From: a virus
DNA length: 64,000 nt
IMG/VR virus record: IMGVR_UViG_3300046501_000132
Location: 1-64,000 of that record
Direction: 5' to 3' (one strand)
Shown here: positions 50,251 through 56,036 of the stretch, one piece after another
Layout of the letters: each line of letters starts with the position of its first letter
How positions within the stretch are numbered: position 1 is the stretch's first letter
Position numbers and translations under genes: made by a program
The notes under the pieces: generated by a model
What the model was told of the DNA's origin: nothing
Seen by the model: only the letters and a program-made list of their open reading frames with translations
Databases searched by the model: none

Positions 50251-50346
50251 TGGCCCACATCCTAGGATTCGAACCTAGATTTAACCCAATCGGAATCGAA
50301 CCGATTAGCCTCCGCGCGCTGTGAGGCTGCCGTCCAGCTGATGTGG
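50251..50346 (-). ncRNA. tRNA-like RNA with two T-arms
   Basis: Acceptor ccacatc/gatgtgg+GCCA; T-arms aatcgg-TTCGATT-ccgatt and ctagg-TTCGAAT-cctag. Confidence 0.65.
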
Positions 50347-50355
50347 TATGAAATC

Positions 50356-50433
50356 TGGTGGACCAGGTCGGATTCGAACCGACAACCCTCTGCTTGCAAA
50401 GCAGTTGCTCTACCCAATTGGAGCTACAAGCCC
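50356..50433 (-). tRNA. tRNA-Ala(TGC)
   Basis: G3:U70 pair, cloverleaf, CCA. Confidence 0.92.
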
Positions 50434-50472
50434 ATATCCCGTTTATTTAACGTGTACCGGGGAACACAAACT

Positions 50473-50566
50473 TGGCGGAGACTGTGAGGCTTGAACTCAC
50501 ACACCCATTTCTGAGCCTTCGACTTTCAAGGTCGCTGCCGCTAGGCCACACTCGGCTAAAGTCTCC
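50473..50566 (-). tRNA. tRNA-Ser(TGA)
   Basis: Long variable arm, G73, CCA. Confidence 0.88.
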
Positions 50567-50675
50567 ATATTATTTGAAGGGTGGGAGCATACCCCACTTG
50601 CGCCTCTTATCGATTTACAGGCTCTGACGCACTCAACGCTGACTAGCCGTCTGCTTTCGGCATTTCCTTCAAATT

Positions 50676-50751
50676 TGGCAGCCCCACTAGGGATCGAACC
50701 TAGAATCCAGGAGTCAAAGTCCTGTGTTATAACCAGTTTAACTATAGAGCA
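50676..50751 (-). tRNA. tRNA-Gln(TTG)
   Basis: cagga-CT TTG AC-tcctg, CCA. Confidence 0.88.
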
Positions 50752-50762
50752 ATTGATCTTAC

Positions 50763-51011
50763 TTACATCTTTGCGAGAATCTCGTATTCCCGAATAAGAA
50801 ACACGGTTTCGCCATCCACCACTGTCCGCTTGGCCTCAGCCCAATTCGGAACAATTACATCATCAATCTCGATGAGTCCGGCGCTTACTTCATCACCAAC
50901 AGCGATTACCTTACCATAAGTGGCAGTGTTAGTGCTCGTGATGATAAGAGTGGTACTTTGCGCTTCAACCTTTACTTCGGTAAAGGCAACATTATCAAAA
51001 AGTGGCTTCAT
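50763..51011 (-). CDS. groES: GroES-like co-chaperonin
   Basis: MKPLFDNV...GKVIAVG...VVDGETVFLIREYEILA. Confidence 0.8.
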   Translation of the reverse strand: MKPLFDNVAFTEVKVEAQSTTLIITSTNTATYGKVIAVGDEVSAGLIEIDDVIVPNWAEAKRTVVDGETVFLIREYEILAKM

Positions 51012-51032
51012 TTATGTTCCATTTAAAATTCT

Positions 51033-51109
51033 TGGTGCCCCCGGAGAGATTTGAACTCCCGACCCTCCGCTTACAAGGCGGACGCTCTGGCCAGCTGAGC
51101 TACAAGGGC
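51033..51109 (-). tRNA. tRNA-Thr(TGT)
   Basis: Cloverleaf, CCA. Confidence 0.92.
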
Positions 51110-51164
51110 ATAGACCGATTTTTAACGTTGCTACGGTCGTCAACGCTTCCCATCCCTGAGAATT

Positions 51165-51249
51165 TGGTGCGAGCGGAGAGACTTGAACTCTCAATCCCGA
51201 AGGCCACGGCTTCTAAGACCGTTGCGTATGCCAATTCCGCCACGCTCGC
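51165..51249 (-). tRNA. tRNA-Leu(TAG)
   Basis: Long variable arm, A73, CCA. Confidence 0.92.
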
Positions 51250-51347
51250 AAATATAGGAGGGAACCAGTAACTTCGGGGAACTGGCGCCGCGATCATCCC
51301 TCTCAGCGGTCTTCATTTGCAAGTCCAATGGTGGCCAGGCAAATTCT

Positions 51348-51698
51348 TTACAACGGGAATTTCTTCCCAGCGCTAATCAACGCTTTCTTCTTGATCTTGA
51401 AGCTCGTACTTTCTTGTCCACCAAACATCTTACAGTTGGCGATTATCTCAGCCCAAGCAGTAAAATATAAGGATGGAGCTAGAGGATGTTTCCAAAGATT
51501 AACAATATCATCACCCTTCAGTGTATGGAACTCCATATCCTTTAAGATGAGTATTGCCGTCTCAAGATCGTCCGGCCAGATCGTAAAGTATTGAGCACAA
51601 GAATACTTAGCGTGATCAGGAAAACGTTGCTTACCATCTTCTCCCACGACTCTAGCTAGATGCTTACCGCAATCGTGGTAAATATGATACTGCTTCAA
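51348..51698 (-). CDS. hypothetical protein (HD-like, HIYHDCGK)
   Basis: TTG start with SD AAGGA. Confidence 0.6.
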   Translation of the reverse strand: MKQYHIYHDCGKHLARVVGEDGKQRFPDHAKYSCAQYFTIWPDDLETAILILKDMEFHTLKGDDIVNLWKHPLAPSLYFTAWAEIIANCKMFGGQESTSFKIKKKALISAGKKFPL

Positions 51699-51740
51699 AT
51701 CCTTAATGTAATGTTTAGTCCGTTCATATATCTCTCCGAT

Positions 51741-51905
51741 CTACGGAGGAAGATCAATGATTTGCTCACCACCCTCAAGCTGATTAATCAACTCTTGGTA
51801 CGCCTCGTGAACCGCGTTTCCGTGATCCAACATATTCATCGTTTCGAACTGGTAGCAATTACTCATCGCTTCTTTCAGTTCGTATAGAGATTTAGCTAGC
51901 TGCAT
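51741..51905 (-). CDS. small hypothetical protein (MQLAKSLYE...; ends in TAG)
   Basis: Start moved to ATG 51905 to avoid long overlap with the Pth2-like gene. Confidence 0.5.
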   Translation of the reverse strand: MQLAKSLYELKEAMSNCYQFETMNMLDHGNAVHEAYQELINQLEGGEQIIDLPP

Positions 51906-52239
51906 TTGGACCCTTCCAGAGTTTATACTTACTGAACGTCTTACGTTGCTCAGCCGTGATCGGTTCAGTTGCGAAAGAAGTGAATCCATAATCCCAATCA
52001 GGCTCATAGAAGGCTTCACATCGAATCCCACGATCAATAGTACGTTTCATTGCTACCTCCAACTTTTCCTTATTAGGAATTTGGAGCATAATCAACGAGG
52101 AAGGTTCATTTGACTTTCTATCAAATGAATGACCGGCTTCTAGCGCGGCGTGACAAGCCTGAACGATCTGCTGTTCAATCGGCAAGTCGGTACGGATGAA
52201 AACATACACCCAAGTCTTTTCAGCGTTCTACGATTTCAT
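51892..52239 (-). CDS. Pth2-like peptidyl-tRNA hydrolase with in-frame TAG at codon 4 (52228-52230)
   Basis: YVFIRTDL..QIVQACHAA..LIMLQI..FYEPD..TSFATEP Pth2 pattern; ATG AAA TCG TAG AAC GCT GAA AAG ACT TGG GTG TAT in frame. Confidence 0.72.
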
Positions 52240-52279
52240 TTCTATCTCACTTTGTTTAACTACATTAAAACCAAATATA

Positions 52280-52355
52280 TGGTGGCTCGTACCGGGATCG
52301 AACCGGTGACCAGCGGATTTAGAATCCACCGCTCTACCAACTGAGCTAACGAGCC
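52280..52355 (-). tRNA. amber suppressor tRNA (anticodon CTA), Phe/Lys-like body
   Basis: 76-nt canonical cloverleaf; gtgga-TT CTA AA-tccgc; anticodon at 52320-52322; A73, CCA. Confidence 0.9.
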
Positions 52356-52365
52356 ATTATATATT

Positions 52366-52451
52366 TGGTACCTCGGGTGGGATTCGAACCCACACTCCCT
52401 TTCGGGAAGGGGATTTTGAATCCCCCGCGTCTACCGTTCCGCCACCAAGGC
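52366..52451 (-). tRNA. tRNA-Leu(CAA)
   Basis: Long variable arm, CCA. Confidence 0.92.
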
Positions 52452-52453
52452 AA

Positions 52454-52532
52454 TGGTCTGGGTGGTAGGATTTGAACCTACGACCTCCTAGTTCCAAACC
52501 AGGCCGTCTGACCAGACTGACATTACACCCAG
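52454..52532 (-). tRNA. tRNA-Pro(TGG)
   Basis: C1-G72, cloverleaf, CCA. Confidence 0.9.
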
Positions 52533-52541
52533 ATAAAACTT

Positions 52542-52621
52542 TGATCCTCTTTGTGGGCATCGAACCCACGTCTCCAGCGCATCAACGCCCCGGTATGCTA
52601 TCCATCTACACCATCAGAGGA
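52542..52621 (-). ncRNA. pseudo-tRNA / tRNA-like RNA with irregular anticodon arm and no CCA
   Basis: Acceptor tcctct/agagga; T-arm gtggg-TTCGATG-cccac; D-like arm. Confidence 0.55.
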
Positions 52622-52629
52622 TTAAAACT

Positions 52630-52705
52630 TGGCCCCGCCCTCAGGTTACGATCCTGACCCTCAAGCTTTTCAAGCATGCGCTTCCACCAGGTTAGCTTGA
52701 GCGGG
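52630..52705 (-). tRNA. tRNA-Phe(GAA), non-canonical T-loop
   Basis: TT GAA AA loop; T-loop ATCGTAA; G73; CCA. Confidence 0.75.
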
Positions 52706-52712
52706 ATAAAAC

Positions 52713-52785
52713 TGGATGCGGGCGCAGGTAACGATCCTGCTTCCATCAAGGCTTATGAGACCTGAGTCCACCACTGGAACCCGCA
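52713..52785 (-). tRNA. tRNA with CAT anticodon (Met/fMet/Ile2 unresolved), truncated D-arm
   Basis: CT CAT AA loop; T-loop ATCGTTA; CCA. Confidence 0.7.
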
Positions 52786-52793
52786 TTTGAAAC

Positions 52794-52869
52794 TGGTACA
52801 GACTGTAGGGATCGAACCTACGACAGCCATCTTGTAAGGATGGAACTCTACCAACTGAGCTAAGTCTGC
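52794..52869 (-). tRNA. tRNA-Val(TAC)
   Basis: Cloverleaf, CCA. Confidence 0.92.
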
Positions 52870-52878
52870 ATTAAAACT

Positions 52879-52955
52879 TGGTGGATGTACTAGGACTTGA
52901 ACCTAGAACCTTCCGGGTAAGAGCCGGATACTCTATCCAATTGAGTTACACATCC
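52879..52955 (-). tRNA. tRNA-Lys(CTT)
   Basis: tccgg-CT CTT AC-ccgga, CCA. Confidence 0.9.
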
Positions 52956-53170
52956 ATATTACGATTGAGACACCCAGGCCCTTGTTGTAGTGGTAGGGGC
53001 TTAACCTACCGGCAATAGAGTCCAGACTTTGCCGCAATACATTCTCGGGCATCTCAAAACCTTAAATTCCTGGTTGATCTTGCGACTAAACGCCACTCCC
53101 ATCTTGAACCGGACCAACCACCGGTACAGAGTGTCATCATATCCTAGTCGTCACTAGGACAAAGAATCTT

Positions 53171-53407
53171 GCCAATAATTTTGCTAACTGCCTCAGACCG
53201 CCACAACATCGGTCTTCATTATCCGGAAATTTTCGCGCGTCCGGTGGTGCAATTGCTTGCTTTGATGTATGCTACTTGGGGCCTACTTATCGTCTCTCCA
53301 GAGATACGCGGGAATCGAACCCGTCAATTTTCTCAAATCTCTGACTCTGCAGAAGTCTCGGAAAAGGATTTGGTACCTTGCTAGTAACAGTTAGCAAAAT
53401 TATTGGC
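53171..53407 (-). ncRNA. candidate RNA closed by a perfect 20-bp inverted repeat, with an internal T-arm
   Basis: IR 53171-53190/53388-53407; cggg-TTCGATT-cccg at 53309-53323. Confidence 0.5.
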
Positions 53408-53482
53408 TCCGCATCTGAGTAACGATCTCAGCTAATCTCTGATTAACAGTCAGGTCCGTGCACCATGCTCGAATTCTGCGGA
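53404..53482 (-). tRNA. tRNA-Asn(GTT), non-canonical D- and T-arms
   Basis: CT GTT AA loop; G73; T-loop ATCGTTA; CCA. Confidence 0.75.
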
Positions 53483-53500
53483 ACAGCACAAAACTACTTA

Positions 53501-53575
53501 GGGGTGACTAGTCGGACTTGAACCGACACTTACCTGACTCACAATCAGGTTCTCTACCGATTGAGATATAGCCAC
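53501..53575 (-). tRNA. tRNA-His(GTG), full CCA not encoded
   Basis: cctga-TT GTG AG-tcagg; C73. Confidence 0.85.
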
Positions 53576-53599
53576 ACCTAAGCACTCTTGTAGAATTAC

Positions 53600-53716
53600 T
53601 TAGGGAACATCTTTTTCTTGTACTTCGCGCCTCAACAGCCACTCCACCAACCCACGACTGATAAAGGCAAACAACAACCAAATACCTAGGAACCAACAAG
53701 CTTCAGTCTTTTCCAT
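53600..53716 (-). CDS. 38-aa membrane peptide (MEKTEACWFLGIWLLFAF...)
   Basis: Manual translation; overlaps end of upstream ORF. Confidence 0.4.
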   Translation of the reverse strand: MEKTEACWFLGIWLLFAFISRGLVEWLLRREVQEKDVP

Positions 53717-53891
53717 TCATTCGGTCAAACCACTCTTTCGTACACTGAGGATATTGTCTCAGAAACTCAGCGTTAGATTGTTTATACAACTTCTCAACTA
53801 GCTTGCTATCTTTCTTCTCAACCTTCGCGTCATAGACAGCGGTGCCTTTGGCAAACTCGATGTCTCTGACCCAAACCGACCTACTAGCCAT
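53703..53891 (-). CDS. small hypothetical protein (MASRSVWVRD...)
   Basis: Start moved to ATG 53891, outside the tRNA. Confidence 0.6.
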   Translation of the reverse strand: MASRSVWVRDIEFAKGTAVYDAKVEKKDSKLVEKLYKQSNAEFLRQYPQCTKEWFDRMNGKD

Positions 53892-53903
53892 CTTTCTAAT
53901 CCT

Positions 53904-53980
53904 TGGTTGGAGCACTGGGATTTGAACCCAGAACTTTCCGGGTAAAAGCCGGATACTCTATCCAGTTGAGTTATACTCCA
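53904..53980 (-). tRNA. tRNA-Lys(TTT)
   Basis: tccgg-CT TTT AC-ccgga, CCA. Confidence 0.9.
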
Positions 53981-53986
53981 TTTAAC

Positions 53987-54063
53987 TGGAGCGGGTGACA
54001 GGATTCGAACCTGCGACGAACTGCTTGGAAGGCAGACACTCTACCGAGCTGAGTTACACCCGC
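53987..54063 (-). tRNA. tRNA-Gly(TCC)
   Basis: U73, cloverleaf, CCA. Confidence 0.92.
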
Positions 54064-54070
54064 ATAAAAC

Positions 54071-54148
54071 TGGCGTCCCCACCGGGGGTCAAACCCGGTT
54101 CTCGTCCTTGAAAGGGACGGGTTCTAATCTACCGTAAACTACAGGGAC
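54071..54148 (-). tRNA. tRNA-Glu(TTC), second copy
   Basis: cgtcc-CT TTC AA-ggacg, CCA. Confidence 0.85.
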
Positions 54149-54157
54149 TTAAAACTT

Positions 54158-54234
54158 TGGCGACACGTAGGGGATTCGAACCCCTGACCTTCGGATAGAC
54201 AATCCACTGCTCTACCAGCCTGAGCTAACGTGCC
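54158..54234 (-). tRNA. tRNA-Asp(GTC)
   Basis: TT GTC TA loop (U37), G73, CCA. Confidence 0.88.
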
Positions 54235-54277
54235 GTATTTCTTTCTCGCTTCGTATTACTACTTAGTCGATGTAATA

Positions 54278-54306
54278 ATTATAACCCCGACTATGTGATA
54301 AGTAAA
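54278..54306 (-). promoter_or_regulatory. internal promoter of the tRNA array, TTTACT-N17-TATAAT
   Basis: -10 at 54278-54283, -35 at 54301-54306. Confidence 0.75.
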
Positions 54307-54313
54307 ATGAATC

Positions 54314-54388
54314 TGGAGTGGGTAACTGGATTCTAACCAGTGTAGCAAGGTTTTGCAGACCTGCACCTAAACACTCGGACACACCCAC
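54314..54388 (-). tRNA. tRNA-Cys(GCA)
   Basis: CT GCA AA loop, U73, CCA. Confidence 0.85.
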
Positions 54389-54491
54389 ATAAATGATAGG
54401 CCGGTGGGGTGTCAGCAATAACCCTTACCCAAGGGTCCGTGTTTCCCATCCTCCGTTTACTTTCCTTACCTATCGGGACTTGCATGCAACT

Positions 54492-54579
54492 TGGCGGAAG
54501 ATGAAGGATTCGAACCTTCGTGCCGTTTCCAACGCGCTCCTTAGCAGGGAGGCCCAATAAGCCACTCTGGCAATCTTCC
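54492..54579 (-). tRNA. tRNA-Ser(GCT)
   Basis: Long variable arm, G73, CCA. Confidence 0.9.
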
Positions 54580-54580
54580 T

Positions 54581-54745
54581 TTACTCACTATGAAACTTAT
54601 CAACCATTCGATTGAATTTCTTCTTGAATGATCGCATCACACGCTTGCGGGATTTCCTTGGAGGACAACAGCATCGGCAATGCCAACCACCGCCTCCAAT
54701 ACAAGCGTGTACCATTTTCATAAAACAGCCTTTCTCTTTCATCAT
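54581..54745 (-). CDS. 54-aa Cys-rich basic protein (…IGGGGWHCRCCCPPRKSRKR…)
   Basis: Manual translation; SD GGAG; below ORF-track cutoff. Confidence 0.6.
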   Translation of the reverse strand: MMKEKGCFMKMVHACIGGGGWHCRCCCPPRKSRKRVMRSFKKKFNRMVDKFHSE

Positions 54746-54794
54746 GATCTCCATTTGGTGTTATACCTAATGTCGCATCATAATCTCCTAATCT

Positions 54795-54882
54795 TGGAGG
54801 AAAGTCAGGGATTCGAACCCTGGAACCCTTTCGGGTTTCTTGCTTTCTAGACAAGTGCAATCGACCGCTCTGCCAACCTTCC
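54795..54882 (-). tRNA. tRNA-Ser(AGA), A34 anticodon
   Basis: cttgt-CT AGA AA-gcaag; long variable arm; CCA. Confidence 0.85.
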
Positions 54883-54932
54883 AAAACCCAAACGCATCCT
54901 CTACCGCGAAGAATTGCCCAGGTGTTATAATC

Positions 54933-55007
54933 TGGTACCGGGTAGTGGATTCGAACCACTGACCTAACGATTATCGATCGTTTGCACTACCGCTGTGCTA
55001 ACCCGGT
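54933..55007 (-). tRNA. tRNA-Ile(GAT) with C33
   Basis: aacga-TC GAT AA-tcgtt, CCA. Confidence 0.88.
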
Positions 55008-55009
55008 AT

Positions 55010-55126
55010 TGGCGAATACGTATGGAATTGAACCAATCTGTGGAACGTGATCACCTGGAAGGACAGACGCCTGTTTTGTCACTTCCCCACATTTCTCTAT
55101 GATCCTAGACCCTCGTCACATATTCG
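55010..55126 (-). ncRNA. 117-nt tRNA-like RNA with greatly extended anticodon arm
   Basis: cgaatatg/cgtattcg+CCA; T-arm tgg-TTCAATT-cca; long tgtgggg/ttccaca arm. Confidence 0.6.
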
Positions 55127-55132
55127 TAAAAC

Positions 55133-55208
55133 TGGTAGTAATGGACGGATTCGAACCGCCGACCAATTCCGTATGAAGGAACTGCTCTACCAACTGAGCT
55201 ACATTACC
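55133..55208 (-). tRNA. tRNA-Met(CAT), elongator-type
   Basis: TT CAT AC loop, A73, CCA. Confidence 0.9.
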
Positions 55209-55332
55209 ATAGAAGTGACCCAAGTTTTAGGATAATAGACACCGCTTCTACCATCGTCGTTCTATCATTTTATCTCCATAACAACAATAGACACTTTGGC
55301 GATGGTCAAGGCCAGTCACTTATATTTACATC

Positions 55333-55421
55333 TGGTGGGGACGGTAGGACTCGAACCTACAGCGTTTCTTATGTCACAGATTTACAGTCTGCTGCCTTCG
55401 ACCAATTCGGCACACATCCCC
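55333..55421 (-). tRNA. tRNA-Tyr(GTA)
   Basis: CT GTA AA loop, long variable arm, CCA. Confidence 0.9.
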
Positions 55422-55432
55422 AATAAAACTAC

Positions 55433-55621
55433 TTAGTTGCCCTTCCGAGCAACTGGAGCCTTGTCATCCGGACCACGACGCTTCGCGGTGTACAGACGCT
55501 TGGAAGCATCCTTACCGTGAAGAGGCTTGGTCTTTGCCGGACCACTACCACCGCCCTTACGAACAGCGGAGATTTGCTTTGCTGCTGCATTCTTCTTTGC
55601 AGCCTTGCTTTGACGAGACAT
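55433..55621 (-). CDS. small highly basic protein
   Basis: K/R/A/G-rich 62 aa; SD AAGGA. Confidence 0.65.
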   Translation of the reverse strand: MSRQSKAAKKNAAAKQISAVRKGGGSGPAKTKPLHGKDASKRLYTAKRRGPDDKAPVARKGN

Positions 55622-55694
55622 CCTTTAAATCCTTTTCAATGATTTTAACCGTTAGGCTTGAGAAGGAATCTGTTCACAAATTCCTTCCTCAGCC

Positions 55695-56018
55695 GAATTC
55701 CCAGCACGCCAGCCCAGAGCACACATCGGGGTCAATTCAATGATCACCCACTACACTATTATCTGGGATTTGAAGAATCTCTAAGACTTGATGATTTGAG
55801 TTTTGAAAATCTTAAACTTTAAACATCTGATCTTTCAACCTTCAGCTTTAACCTTTGAGCTTTGATGTCTGTTGCGGGCATCCTAGCCCGCAATATTGTC
55901 TTTTCGATAAGAATTCGAAATACAATGCACCTTAGCATGGTTTTGGCTCTCGCAGTTTTTACGTCCTAGCGAGAAGTGGACGCCGAAAGTTTTGACGCGT
56001 TCGACGTACCAGGAATTC
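55695..56018 (-). ncRNA. candidate ~324-nt structured RNA with 7-8-nt repeat tract, 3' of the coiled-coil gene
   Basis: 16-bp closing helix with G-U pairs; internal hairpins; repeat tract 55769-55867. Confidence 0.65.
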
Positions 56019-56036
56019 AGATTACTACAAAACTAC

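Noticed and set aside
50473-50566. Selenocysteine or opal-suppressor tRNA
   Set aside because: Anticodon reads TGA (Ser, decodes UCA), not TCA.
53171-53407. tmRNA (one- or two-piece)
   Set aside because: Has a T-arm but no CCA-ending Ala acceptor with G3:U70 and no recognisable tag reading frame.
54395-54474. Spacer closed by gatagg/cctatc with AGGAAAGT as a minimal RNase P RNA
   Set aside because: Too short and lacks the other conserved regions; at most a small structured spacer.
54840-54856. Second amber suppressor from CTA in the Ser tRNA loop
   Set aside because: CTA occupies positions 32-34 of the 7-nt loop; the anticodon is AGA.
50052-55235. Track ORFs such as 50052..50258, 51012..51297, 52357..52569, 54333..54557, 54600..54959
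   Set aside because: They overlap clear tRNA genes.
55769-55867. Repeat tract as a CRISPR array or iteron set
   Set aside because: Units are 7-8 nt, degenerate and contiguous with no spacers, and no cas operon is present. The PD-(D/E)XK nuclease at 59416 is a standard T4-like-phage exonuclease.
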